A stretch of DNA of 64,000 nt from Sporopachydermia quercuum (Eukaryota). The notes beneath the pieces are model-generated. The model saw only the letters and a list, made by a program, of their open reading frames with translations. It was not told where the DNA came from and did no database searches. The stretch is taken from contig BCGN01000006.1 in NCBI GenBank assembly GCA_001599295.1, positions 682,001 through 746,000 of the forward strand, in the 5' to 3' direction. Both the position numbers and the translations under genes were made by a program. Position 1 is the stretch's first letter; each line of letters opens with the position of its first letter. Below are positions 46,893 to 59,735 of the stretch, one piece after another.

Positions 46893-49386
46893 ATCAGGCT
46901 CACTAAAATGTAATCTCCATAAGCAAACACATTGATATCAAATGAACAAACAGCTAAAACTGAGTGTTTTATTTATATCTTACTATTTTTATAGTTATTG
47001 CTATTATAACAGCTTCTGAAAGCTTCTACAGCTTCAATCCAGTTATAGAGGTAAAAACCAGCGTTGTAGACACAACACATATACATAAGTACCCTTAGGA
47101 TATTAGTAGGGAGATGGATTGATCGANAGTTGATTAATAAACGGATAATATGTGTATATCTGTTCGTATATCGTAGAATATACGATATATGTGATATACT
47201 AGCTACAGCAATGAACAGTGTTGTTTTCAATCACAGTATCTCATGTTATTATTATCTGTCTATCTATTCAAAGTACCCTTATTATTATATCATCAATAAT
47301 GGTCTAGAAGCAAATAGGAAGTAAAAGAAGCAACCAAGCTTTTGTATGGAGAGAGATTGTCCTGCGTCTTAATAGAGTTAAGGTCCGCCATGTTATTTCC
47401 ATGTGGCACTATGCGAGGCTGATGCTTAATTTTGGGAGTATGACTCAAACGGGAAACAGCGGAGCAGAGCGGAAGATGCTAGGAAGAAGTAGAGTAATGG
47501 AACTGATGGTGCTAAGAGAAGAGTGAGGGAAGATAAAAAAGAGAGACGAGTTGGTTTAATGTGTTACTCTTCATCTTTCCCTATTTTATTTTCTTTGATT
47601 TTGGCAATTATGGACAGAGTGAGTAAAGATTGAGTACTAATCTTTGGACGCCGAGCGACAAAAGCGATAACTGTAAACTAGTGAAAATGAAAAAAGACAT
47701 GTCAAATCCAAGGCTTAACTTTATTTTATTGACGTTAAGATTAAGTCATATTGACATAACTGTTAAGTTTCTAATTTACTCATGGACTAGCGTAAACAAT
47801 CAGAAAGAAAACTCAAGAAAGGATAAAGCCCTTTGTTCACAGGCTGGATCTTCCAGTAAACTTGGAAAAATGAGTTTGTAAGAAAATAGCCAAACATTTA
47901 ACTGGAGAATGATCTACAGAAAACGCAAAATAAAGTTTATGCACCGGCGATGCAGCATCGAATTACAACTTGCATCTTAACGGTTTTTTTCTCAGTATTT
48001 TTTTGGTTAAAAAAGCCTTAATATGTTAACAGATCGTAACGCAGGTCGAATATTACTCTTTGTTACTTTAATGGTGTGTCAAGTATTTTCAACTTCGCTG
48101 ACTGTTCATGACAAAATTATCACAGTTCCTTTCGTCCAGCCCAACCAACCGTTCGGAAATTGAAGAAAAAGTTAACGGGATTATTACATTCAGTTATTGC
48201 ACTANGTTCGTAATATTTTGAATGGTCTTAAAATAAAATGATCTAGAACTTAGAGGAACTAAATACATTACTAATTACAATACAATATAACAGTAGGAAA
48301 TAATACCAAAAGAAATATTCCAATCACATGACTCACTGAAAGTGAATGTTAGTCTGCATTAGCTCAATTTGAATCCCTTTCTACCATCATTTCTTTTACT
48401 CCATAAAGCTTGAGAAACCCATACGTAAATGCTTGAGCTCCGTGTTTTGAACGCTGCTATCCGTTGTCAATATTTTATGGATATGTAAAATAGTTTCCCT
48501 ATGCTACTGTCCATTAAAGGGCCCGTGATCAATGGAATGCTTAACCCTTTTAAACCTTAACCCTAAGGTTTTACTGAAGTTTAGCCAAATGGCTTATTTG
48601 ATTACGTGATATTTAAAAAATAGGCCTAATGAAATGAGATGTGATGTATGTTGGTAGTGAGGGAACAATGAGTAGCTTTTTTCAGTGATATAGTTTTATG
48701 TGAGGTCACTGAGTCATCGAAAAGCTGCCTCTTGTTTCAATTAAGACTGAAATCAAGTAAAAGAACTTGAAAGCCGAAGCCAATCAAAAAAAGAAAAGAC
48801 ACATAGAGGTATCTTATGCATATATACTGACTTATTGATAATAAGAATTAAGATGAAAACTATAGTGCGTGGCTGCTCATGATAGATGTTGGGTAAAACC
48901 TTTAACTATCAAACCCAACCAATAGAATTTTTTCCTACAGATTGCTTGATCATCATCTGATCATCACCTCATAATATCCTCTGTTCTATCTCTATCACTG
49001 ATTTCTCAAATATCAAGAACTCCAGCAATCAAATAAATTGATAATCACGAAAGAAAAAAGATAGATAAAAAGATGTAGTAGAGCGGGGATATAACAAATC
49101 TGAGAAAGTTACACGTACATTATCAATAGTGAAAAGTAATGGTTCAGAACCACTAAAAGTGCAGCTCATCTTATACGAGACGAATACTCTATTGATACAG
49201 GCTGGAAAACCGACCTGTTATCTAAAGCAACTTCGTCAAAGTGGGTTCTCCTTCAAATTTAAAGTGCATAGTGTGATATCGATATGATTTTTTTCTTAGA
49301 GCAATTGAGTACGATAGGATTTTCTTTAACTCGTTTGTCAATCGATGCTTTTTCAACGGTTTTCCAAATAAAGTTAAACAGTAGTT

Positions 49387-52158
49387 GATAAGCATTCGAA
49401 CTTTGCTACCAAAATGCTTATCTTAAACCAAACTCAAAACAAGGTTAATTAACTAGAACTTTATCAGTGCCTTTTGATCTTGAACTTTAAAGTCTCACGT
49501 CATCTCATCGTTTGGCTGGTGGTACTCTTCGCGAATAAAAAAACATTGAGCATTTGATTACTGTAATACTTTCGCATGTAAGCCATGAAAAAATATAAAT
49601 TGATTTTGAGGTTTTCTAGAGACGTACATCTAATTAGTATTAATAAGAGCAACTATCTATAACATAATTTATTTTGCAATACTCACACAACCAAGACCGA
49701 GAGAAGTTACCTCAACCAACCATATTACTTTGTACCTCCCAACTTCCTCTTTCTGGTTGTGTGGCTTATTTACAGCTGTTGGTTCATGATAGAGATTCCT
49801 TGAAAACTCAATCTACTCAGAAATCCAATTAGATTGAATAATCAGCTTACCTGTGTGTGTAGATAGAAAAATGAAATGATTGAACCTTAATACTTGTTTA
49901 TTCTTGCTAGCATCGAGGCTTAATCTACAAGCTACCTAGCAAATTTTTGTAATAAATAAGCTGTATAGTATAAAATAATACTTGATAATGACTTTCTACG
50001 ATACCCTTAATATTTCTGCGAAAAAAGAAAGAATTATGAGATTATGTCAAATCTACGTGGAAATCAGTCGATCGTGAATTAACTTCGACGTTTAAGTTTT
50101 ACAATCTAACGGTTAAACTAAACATTAAAAATAAAGTTTATTCTAGAAAGTTATAAATCAAAAAACAGGTTCCCGCTCATGGAAACATGTCTCTTACTAA
50201 ATTCAAAAATCAAGTAACAATATTTTCTTCTTGTTAATTTTTATAACGCTCTAACGGAAAAGAGCGTTATTTCCTTCTTTTGCGGGAATTCTCAAAAATT
50301 TTCGTACATTTGCTCCTCATTTACCTCTACTCACGATTCTGAAGCTCCTGAAACAATTAATTAAAAATNTAGATAGNTTTGGATTATCTTTTTCCCCCGC
50401 CTTCAATGTCAATTGGGGTTCTATGACATTTTTAATTAAACTATGAGAGGAAATTCTTTTATTTGAGAGGACAACGTTTATTGTTCTTTAGCACTAAAAG
50501 TATTGACAGTTCTATGTAACGACATTATAGTAGCTTTTGGTCTCAACATCGAATCAACATGAGCGGTATATGCATTGGCATTACATATTGATGTCGTCAA
50601 TCATAGCCAGTGAAAGGAGCCAAAGTAATTATTTCTTCGGTTCTTCGGTTCTTTGGTTCTTTGGTAAATGACTTTGAATATACTGACAAGTGTGTAGATC
50701 CAAAGCTGGTTCAGACAGAAGCTATTGTTTTATTCATTTTGGTGAAGATTATTAGGGTTTAATGGTTACGTGTGATTAATGAGTTGAGTTATCCTGCGAA
50801 CTCATAACCCAAAAAGAAGTAAGTGAGATATCCAAGGGTTAATTTACAATTTGATTGAAATGGTTGAAAATTAATGGATTATCCAAGCTGCTAGCTCGCT
50901 AATTAATTACAGGTATTAATTTAAGTTGCTTATAGTATCTTTAGAATCTGTCAGAAACCTGCCCAAAGGGCCCTGAGCGAAGTAGATTCATACCCGCGAA
51001 CTAAGGGTCCATTCTCAAAAACTGTGATGAAAAATAGTTTTATATGAAATGAAGTTAATGATTGTTGTTCATAATATATTACTATATAGTATCTAGAAAT
51101 ACTACCTAAATAAACCCAAGTTGAACAATAAGCTTTCTTTTTAGGTACCTGATCATACCATCTATGCTTTTATTATACTTTTTTCCTATCAGTCGACAGT
51201 TGACTAATTTAAATCTAATTATATTAAACCGTAGCGAAACAAACCATTAAGGAAGGAAAAACGAAAGGCTAGCTGNATTCAAAGAAAAGTCCGATCAGCT
51301 GTAACAACTCTTCTCCCTTATTTCTATTGAAGTAAATGTTGGTATCCGTTTTATTGAAGATGGAAAAATAAACTGAAAATCAAGCCGTTATTACTCTCTA
51401 ACTGTAATTCCAAGATAATGTTAAATTGTTTACATTTACCATATATATATTTAAAGTTGGAAGTGGTTCCAGCTTATAGCCTGCCAAACTANCAGTTAAT
51501 TGACTTTATATTTCTGAACCTTGATAAAAGCAAAACCTACTTCTCTTATCAATCTTTGATTTTTCAGGATTAGCTGTTTGTTCGAAAACAGTTGAGAGTA
51601 AACAACTCTCTTCAGCTGGTTTTTATGTGTAATTTTTAATTATTCTGCCTCACCAGAATAACTTTATGGAAAGCACACAACGGTACTGACCGGATGTCCC
51701 GGCACTGACAGTTCAATGGGAATATTCTATATAATATTCTATATACTGTAATCAATCTAACGAAGTATTTGAAAGAACATATATAGTACTTTTCATTGAA
51801 ATCTGAAAACTTGAAAAAAGGGACCTCCCCCTTTTAATTTTGTTTCATGGAAAGCTGATATTGAGACTACTGTTCTCATTGCTTGGGCGTCATTCATTCC
51901 TTTCCTAACTTGAAAGTTAACTCTTGTTTGATGGTCTTCCTACGGTAATAGCAACCACGCTCTTACCTGCAATTAACTACCCTTTCTTAACTCAAAAAAT
52001 AGTATGAAAATAGAGATCTAATTCAGCTTTATTAGTCAGCTGACCACGTAATATTACTATTCTATCTTACGAGTTACTCTCTCACTAAGTCAAAGTAGTA
52101 GACTCAATCTATCTTTTCTCCCTACCAGCAACGCTAAAGAAAGGTAAAATCTCTTATC
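49387..52158. promoter_or_regulatory. GATA (nitrogen catabolite repression) sites upstream of MEP2
   Basis: GATAAG/CTTATC at 49387, 49417, 51545 and 52153; hexamers are common in AT-rich DNA, so function is inferred from the downstream gene. Confidence 0.35.
50634..50665. repeat. Short 8-bp tandem repeat, about 4 copies (TTCTTCGG x2, TTCTTTGG x2)
   Basis: ttcttcgg ttcttcgg ttctttgg ttctttgg read directly. Confidence 0.8.
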
Positions 52159-52583
52159 TTCACTAAGCTTTGAAACCTTAACTCAAAAGTAGTTTAGCCT
52201 AACCTAAATATTGCTGATAACTTTATTTATGAAGCTTAGTCTTCATTCATTTTATATCCTATCACTCTATCGAAGGCTGAAATATTATGCGAAAACCTCG
52301 TGCAAACAAAATATTCAACTGTTTTACTCAATTTGTATATAAACACACTTTATTCCTACTATTGAGTTTCGTTCTGCCTGCAGNTTAGTTTGTGCGGTTG
52401 TACTTTGTTNTCNTTCTTTTGCTTTTCTTCTTCTTTCCCTTCTTTCATTGTTTGTCTACCTATATCAACAATCTTAATTGTCCAAACTTTCCCAAGTACC
52501 CCGAAAACGCTTTCATATAACAATATTTTCTGTAAATATATCAATTGGGGTTTGTTTGTTAGTAACAGTGAAAACATTCTAAA

Positions 52584-54056
52584 ATGAGTGAGGAAACATT
52601 ATTGCCAGGNGTCACTGACACTGGTACTGGAGGTGACTCCCTTACTGTCGATTTAAACGCAAGATACGATCTAGCAAATTTAGTGTGGGTCGGTGTTTCC
52701 GCTTGTCTTGTGTGGATTATGATTCCTGGAATCGGTTTGCTATATTCTGGTATGGCAAGGAAAAGACACGCCTTGTCTTTGTTATGGGCTTCAATCATGG
52801 CCGCCTCATTGGTTACATTCCAATGGTTCTTTTGGGGATATTCTCTCACTTTTGCATCCAATGCTCATACTTTCTTAGGTACGCTTGAAAACTTCTGTAT
52901 GATGAATGTTTTGGCTGCACCCTCTGGTGACATCCCAGAAATTCTTTTTGCCTTTTACCAAGGTATGTTTGCATGTGTCACTGGTATACTTATGATTGGT
53001 GGTGCTTGCGAAAGAGTACGTTTAGGTCCAATGATGGTTTATTTATTTGTATGGATGACTGTTGTTTACTGTCCTATTGCCTGCTGGACTTGGAATGGTA
53101 ACGGATGGTTGAACACTTGGGGTGCTCTTGACTTTGCTGGCGGTGGCCCAGTTCATATGGCCTCTGGTGCTGGTGCTTTGGCTTATGCTTTAGTTGCTGG
53201 TAAGAGAAATGATCCAACCACCGGAAAAGATGTGCCAAAATATAAGCCTCATTCAGTTACCTCTGTTGTGTTTGGAACTATTTTCTTATGGTTCGGCTGG
53301 TTTGGTTTCAACGGTGGTTCTGCTGGTAATGCTACTATCAGAGCTTTCTATGCTGCTGCCAATACTAACCTTGCAACTGCTTGTGGTGCGTTAAGTTGGA
53401 TGTTCCTTGACTATTTTAGATCTGGCAGAAAATGGACCACTATTGGCTTATGTTCGGGTGCCGTTGCTGGTTTAGTTGGTATTACCCCAGCTGCAGGATT
53501 TGTTCCTATCTATACTGCAGTACCCATTGGCTGTATCGCAGGTATTGCTTGTAATTTTGCCGTCGATCTTAAGACAATCTTGAAAATTGATGATGGTTTA
53601 GACGTTTTCGCTTTACACGGAGTTGGTGGTTTCACTGGTAGTATCTTAACTGGTTTCTTTGCTGCGGATTATGTTGCAGCCTTAGATGGTGCCACCGTTA
53701 TTCCGGGTGGTTGGATAAATCATCATTACAGACAATTAGGTCTTCAAATTGCAGCTGCCCTATGTGCATTGGTTTGGTCCTTCTGTGTCAGTTGCATCAT
53801 TTTATTGGCTATGGACAGAATTCCATTCCTTAAGCTTAGATTACCAGCTGAAGCTGAAGCTTTAGGAACCGATTTCACTCAAATTGGTGAATTCACTTAT
53901 CAAACTGAAGATGGTTATTTGGATTTTGGACCTCATGTTACAGGTGTCGATAAGAAAGTTGATGAAGAGAGCACCAATGATCTTAATAACAAGATTTTGC
54001 AAAGTGCTACTGCTAATGAAGAAGTGAAAGATGGAAAGACTGAAAAGAAGGCATAA
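52584..54056 (+). CDS. MEP2: High-affinity ammonium permease (Amt/Mep/Rh), Mep2 type
   Basis: GTGGDSLTVDLN, RKRHALSLLWAS, DFAGGGPVH, KYKPHSVTSVV, IDDGLDVFALHGVGG (both pore His present), QIGEFTY. Confidence 0.93.
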   Translation: MSEETLLPXVTDTGTGGDSLTVDLNARYDLANLVWVGVSACLVWIMIPGIGLLYSGMARKRHALSLLWASIMAASLVTFQWFFWGYSLTFASNAHTFLGTLENFCMMNVLAAPSGDIPEILFAFYQGMFACVTGILMIGGACERVRLGPMMVYLFVWMTVVYCPIACWTWNGNGWLNTWGALDFAGGGPVHMASGAGALAYALVAGKRNDPTTGKDVPKYKPHSVTSVVFGTIFLWFGWFGFNGGSAGNATIRAFYAAANTNLATACGALSWMFLDYFRSGRKWTTIGLCSGAVAGLVGITPAAGFVPIYTAVPIGCIAGIACNFAVDLKTILKIDDGLDVFALHGVGGFTGSILTGFFAADYVAALDGATVIPGGWINHHYRQLGLQIAAALCALVWSFCVSCIILLAMDRIPFLKLRLPAEAEALGTDFTQIGEFTYQTEDGYLDFGPHVTGVDKKVDEESTNDLNNKILQSATANEEVKDGKTEKKA

Positions 54057-54159
54057 AGTTTCTGGCGGTGTTTAATATGCAAGTGTGAATTTTTTTTTAT
54101 ACGATTAGATATTGATGAGAGTAATAGAGATAATGATAGAACGAAGTTGTGATAATAAC

Positions 54160-54160
<1 letters not shown>

Positions 54161-54205
<45 letters not shown>
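54161..54205. repeat. (GTA)15 microsatellite between the convergent MEP2 and MSC2 3' ends
   Basis: Perfect trinucleotide run read directly. Confidence 0.95.
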
Positions 54206-54332
54206 TCAGTATTAATAAAAGTATGGCAACTCATTCATCGACTTCTTTATTATACACACTATATACACATTAAATACCAGTATTATATAAGTATTATCTC
54301 AGTTATTCACTATCTCATAATACAATCTACTA

Positions 54333-56525
54333 TTACTTGCCAATAGAATTACACCAGCAATTAGATCCTTCGGGTTCTATTTGAACAAATACTCCTTCCA
54401 TACCTCTCTGTCGCAATTTCGTCTCCACTCTTTTCTTGATAATAGTACTGTTTTCTCCTGCTTCATATTGAACATGAATAACGCCAATAATACCATCATT
54501 TTCACCTTTCGACCAAAACCTTGGTACTTTATAACCTGTAACACCATTGATCACACTTATGTCACTTAAAACATCACGGATCAGATACTCTTGTTTGGAN
54601 TTCAGTGCTAATAATAGCTGTTTTGCCGCTGATTTAACAAGAGGTAAAGCCGATATAAATACAAGTACNGCAATGAATATCGAAGCAATAGGATCAAATC
54701 CATACCAACTAAATGATTTTATAAGTATTGTTGAGATGATTACTCCTACTGATCCTAAAGTATCAGCTAGAACGTGTAGAAATAATCCATACATATTGTC
54801 GTTTTGATGTTCATGACATTGGGAATGATCGTTCTCATGGTGATGACTATGAACATGGTCCTTTTCATGATTATGCTCTTTTTCGCAATCACTATGATGC
54901 TCATGTTTATGCTCATGTTCGCGCTCGTGTTCGTGCTCATGTTCATGTTCATTTGCATGTCCATGATTATGGCTATGACCATGACCACCATGACTATGAC
55001 CATGATTAAAAGCAACAATACCAACTAGATTGACCAATAAACCCAAAACACTAACTACCAATAACTCAGAAGTTCTCTCTAGCTCAACAGGATGAACAAT
55101 CCTATCAACCGCTTCACAAACAATGCTTATAGATATTCCTATCAACAGACAACCATTAGCAAAACCTGATAATGTTTCAATTCTACCTAGACCAAAGGGA
55201 AATCTGCTCGACGGAGGTCTTTTTGATAATGTTGAGGCTACCAATCCAACAAACAACGCCATACAATCAATGAACATATGAATGGAATCAGACAGTAACC
55301 CTAATGAATGTGATAAAACCGAATACAATAATTGAATCAACATAAATGAGAAGTTCAATAGCAAGAAATAGAAGATATTTCTTGTATCAGAATAAAACAG
55401 AACAGTATCAATGAACCTTTCATTGTTCTCTTTCAAACTATGTCTTCTTTCTGTTATAATAGCTTGAGTAACAGGCTTATCACTTGATGATATGAATATT
55501 GTTGCTATATTTAATAAAAGGTCAACGACTGATATATGAAATCCTTTATCTCTGTAATATGCCAGATGATGTAAAGTGTTTGCTAGAGCAAATGATATAA
55601 ACACATTGAGTCTGTTAGGGCCAATTTCGTGTTGAACCAGAAAAAAAACACCTGAAGCACCAAGAGTAATTATTAGTATTATTGAAGATATGTTAAAAAT
55701 AAATAGCAAAAGGTAGACCGTTATTACAGTTGTAACACTACCTGCAATCACAGGAATATAAGATACCGTCTTCAATGGATGCATCAAAATATAATATGAT
55801 GTTCCAANGGCAATAAAATAGCCCAAAGTTAGAGGAAAAACACCAGGAAGAGCAATAGAAGTGGATATATCTTTATCACTAAAAATGTCTACCAAATCCA
55901 TACCATATGATATAATTATATACCCGAAGCCAGCAATAGTTCTGAAAGTGAGGGTAGGTTCCATATTCAAGACTGTAAACAAGATACATGAGAGTCTTTT
56001 AGTTCCCATTAAAAAAGTTGACATGAACATTGAGACAACAGCTAGGAAAAACTTCAGTGATGGGATATAATCTTGCTGTGATACCATGGTAAGCTTTGCA
56101 CTTGTGAATGAGAGACTACCGCGGAATATAAGTGATATGCCTCCTNTGGCAAAACACAACAGAAGCCCTATTAGCAAATGAGTAAAANTATCGTCATTAC
56201 TATCAAAACCAAGTCTGAGAGAAGATAATTGATCGTTGTAAGAGGCCATATGAATAGCTAGAGCTACCGTGGGTAATGATGATAGTGCAGGAATACATTC
56301 TACCACACTTAAGTTGGAGTTTTGGTGATCATATATCTTTTCTATTGGTGTGTTCGGTATTTTTGACGAGATNTTTTNCTGTAGTTTTTGTGTGAATGTT
56401 TTCTTCAGTGNTTCTGGTATTGACTGTTTTTTATCATGCGTCCTGTGTAAAATATGTAAAGGATTCTGTTTGGCATCGCTATATGGTGAGGTATCATAAG
56501 CTGTAGCATCGGGTAGTAGAGACAT
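54333..56525 (-). CDS. MSC2: CDF-family zinc transporter of the ER/Golgi (Msc2/ZnT5-like)
   Basis: Multi-TM N-extension, DTRNIFYFLLLN, SLGLLSDSIHMFIDC, FPFGLGRIETLSGFANG, His-rich loop, NMYGLFLHVLADTLGSVGVI. Confidence 0.9.
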   Translation of the reverse strand: MSLLPDATAYDTSPYSDAKQNPLHILHRTHDKKQSIPEXLKKTFTQKLQXXISSKIPNTPIEKIYDHQNSNLSVVECIPALSSLPTVALAIHMASYNDQLSSLRLGFDSNDDXFTHLLIGLLLCFAXGGISLIFRGSLSFTSAKLTMVSQQDYIPSLKFFLAVVSMFMSTFLMGTKRLSCILFTVLNMEPTLTFRTIAGFGYIIISYGMDLVDIFSDKDISTSIALPGVFPLTLGYFIAXGTSYYILMHPLKTVSYIPVIAGSVTTVITVYLLLFIFNISSIILIITLGASGVFFLVQHEIGPNRLNVFISFALANTLHHLAYYRDKGFHISVVDLLLNIATIFISSSDKPVTQAIITERRHSLKENNERFIDTVLFYSDTRNIFYFLLLNFSFMLIQLLYSVLSHSLGLLSDSIHMFIDCMALFVGLVASTLSKRPPSSRFPFGLGRIETLSGFANGCLLIGISISIVCEAVDRIVHPVELERTSELLVVSVLGLLVNLVGIVAFNHGHSHGGHGHSHNHGHANEHEHEHEHEREHEHKHEHHSDCEKEHNHEKDHVHSHHHENDHSQCHEHQNDNMYGLFLHVLADTLGSVGVIISTILIKSFSWYGFDPIASIFIXVLVFISALPLVKSAAKQLLLALXSKQEYLIRDVLSDISVINGVTGYKVPRFWSKGENDGIIGVIHVQYEAGENSTIIKKRVETKLRQRGMEGVFVQIEPEGSNCWCNSIGK

Positions 56526-57401
56526 GGTTGGCAGTATTAGTTGTGAAATCTGATGAGCCTGTATGCAAATAAAGATAACAATCCTTACCAAAAGTGAGGA
56601 GAATAACACAGGATTAATGTTGTGTGAAACGATTACAATAGATATCGAGCAATTAGCTCTTCGTTGATGTATACTATACTATGCTGAATGTTCAATTCAG
56701 TTCAGGGAATTTTTTTAGATGAAGAATGAGTAAAGTTGGGAAAGTAAACTAACTTTCTTGTACCAAATAAAATAGGGGTTTGATGATTGATTCAACTGGA
56801 AATATGTATTCTAACAATCAATTGTCAGTTTGTCTGGTCAATTCCCCCATTTAGTTTGCCGATAGACCATGATGATGATGATATGACGCTTNTTGCGCTG
56901 GTGTATATCTATCCACATGGTGGACCCAATTAGAACCTTCAAGGTTGTCCGGGTATATGTGACCTTAAACTTCAAAAAGAAGATTTAGAGGGAAACGGCT
57001 ACCAAGATGAAACATTGTAGGACAGAAATACATGAGTCTCCCGCTGCAATACATACACTAAGGAAACCTTTGTTCTAGACCACGTGATCTAAAGCAGAAA
57101 TATTAAGAATAATTAGGAAATAGTGTCCGGTGGATAGGGGTGCCTCGCACTTGAGAGATGATTACTTTATCATTTTCATCTTTATGATCTTTTCTTTTGG
57201 CATCCTTCATAGTTATGTAGCTTATGATAAGAAGATTCATTGTAGATTTCACATTATGAAGTTAATTAAGGATAGAGCAGTTGCACCCTATGACATTTGA
57301 GAACTAGGTCTTGTAGATTATCATTGTAAAGGTCTGTCCTATTTGGATTATTGGTTATGGAATCAATAATTTATAAATCATAGGCAATTCACATCTCTAT
57401 C

Positions 57402-59735
57402 ATGAATGAACCAACCATCAAGATCGAAGAGTTAACAAATGAAGTATCAAAAATTCGATTCAGCAAAATATGTCACTCATGGAAGCATATTAAACTGAAC
57501 TACCCCTTTTTTGATTCTCTTAGATCAGAAGTTACCAATGGCCGATATATGGATAGATACAAAAGGACTGATCATAGCGTTGAGCAATTGAATCTTATCA
57601 ATGAAGGAAGCAGAGGGCTGTTATGGAAAGTATGTTAAGATGAGATGATTAAAAAAGGGATAGTATCTCATTATTAATGGAATCTTTATCTACGTTTATT
57701 TTTCAGCTTGTATAAAATTGAGAATTATACGTGATAGACATTTGATTTTGGGTGATTGTGAATACCTGTTATATTAACATATCAATCATTAGATATTTCT
57801 ATGTTTTCAGTCATTTGATTTCGCAGTTTGGAAGAAAACATTGTCACAAGAAAGGTCTGCTTATGAATCATTAAAAGAGAAATATCGACCAACCCTTCTT
57901 ACAGTTAGATCATCTGATGATAGCACTACCAGTAGGACCAGTTTATCTGATCTCGATGACAAGGTCGAAGATGACTTAATGGGATCCTTTCAATCAGTCA
58001 ATATAGCTGAAGAATCAAGTGATTTGTTAACAAAAGAAGTAAGTAGAGATATTCAAACGAAGAGAAATGACGATAGAAATCTAACCTATCATAATACTAA
58101 CATACTATTATGATAGTGGTTTGCTAGCAATGCTGAAGATGATAGGATTGCGAAAGAAATCATGCAAGATATAGACAGAACCTTTCCTGAGATACTTTTC
58201 TTCAGAAACAAGTCGATTCAGCTCATGATGTTAAATATTCTATATATATTTGCCAAACTGAACCCAGATTTAGGCTATAGGCAAGGTTTACATGAGATAC
58301 TGGGTCCGCTAATATATGTTATGCATAGTGAAGCAATACTTGCTGATTCGATCAAGGACTATAGCAACACGACAAAGCTATCAAACGAAGATCTGAAAAC
58401 CTTGGAATACTGTTTTTTATCACAATATGTGGAGCACGATGCATATATGCTTTTCATGGTGCTAATGAGAACCATGAAACCATGGTATGACTTTAACTTA
58501 GTACCTTTAGTTCAAGGCAGTGTGAAGTATACAGAAAATGGACCGNCTATATGCTCACCGGTTGTACAGAAATCAAGATACATTCAGCATGTACTATTGA
58601 GAAAGACTGATGTGATGCTAGAAAGAGCTTTCAGAAGATTAGGTGTTGAATCCGAAATTTGGGGAATGTGAGTATTTCATTTGTTGCATTTTAAGTTGAT
58701 TATTAGCATATATATACTGACCTATTTTTTAGCCGTTGGCTGAGACTGTTATTCGGTCGTGAATTTGGATTCAAGTACTTATTCTCCTTATGGGACTCAT
58801 TATTTGCTTATGACAGCCAATCATTGAGCCTTGTTGACTATATAAGTGTAGCCATGATGATCCGAATAAGGAATATAACCAAATCAGGTGAACAAGATGA
58901 TATTTTACACGCTTTGTTGAAGTATCCTTATGATAAAACTGAGCCTTTATCAAAATATGTAACAAATGCTATATATCTAAGGAACCACTTAAATCCCGAC
59001 GGTGGCAGATTCATTATTAACCAGTACAAGGATTTGTTCAAAAATGGTTCACCNATACCTCAACAGCCTATAAAGCCTCTTGAGACATCTTTCTCTAGCT
59101 TAACTAAGATGATAAATGACAGTGATGGCACAGTAAAGAAAATGAGCAAACTGGTCAACGATGTGAAAGCCAAATCAATGAAGCAATTGAGTAGATACGG
59201 TACTAAAGCTTTAGAGAAGTATATAGAAGAACAGGAGCAGACTATCAAGCTTAATGAAACAAGAAATATGGTACTAGGGGAAGTATTGAAATCATGTATA
59301 AAGACCATAAAGAAAGTGAGAGATGATGTAGATGGTACGAATGAAGAAGAGTATGTGAACAGCGTCAAGGGATTGAATCATGTGTTGGAATGTTTACTTG
59401 ATAGCTCATTACCACCTGACTCTTCATTTCTATCAAAGGCGATCAAAGAGATCGCAGTTGAAGAGAAAAGGAGTGCTAAGATACAGAAAGATTTAGAAGA
59501 AAATGATGATAGCAAAGAAGAGAAAGAAGGAGAGCTGGACAAACATACTATAGGAAATGAGGATCCATTGTTAGGACTTGTATCAGAAGATTCGACTGAA
59601 ACTCAAGTGTCAAGAATATCAAATTCCAGGCGAAAAATCAGACATTCAAGAGAGTTGAGTAGATCAAAGATAGTCCATTCTTCTAGTCCAACACCTGGAT
59701 CAGGATCAGATTCTGTTTCATCAGCTCGTGGTTAA
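57402..59735 (+). CDS. GYP6: TBC-domain Rab GTPase-activating protein (Gyp6/TBC1D5-like); exons 57402-57629, 57793-58038, 58117-58667, 58733-59735
   Basis: Spliced RGLLWK|IFL, IMQDIDRTFPE (R finger), YRQGLHEILGP (Q finger), WGI|RWLRLLFGREF; donors GTATGT, GTAAGT, GTGAGT; all junctions keep frame. Confidence 0.85.

Noticed and set aside
54149..54346. Poly-Val ORF
   Set aside because: Produced by the (GTA)15 microsatellite.
54767..55028. Met-rich and Met/Ile-rich ORFs overlapping MSC2
   Set aside because: Alternate-frame and antisense shadows of the His/Glu-rich loop codons of the zinc transporter.
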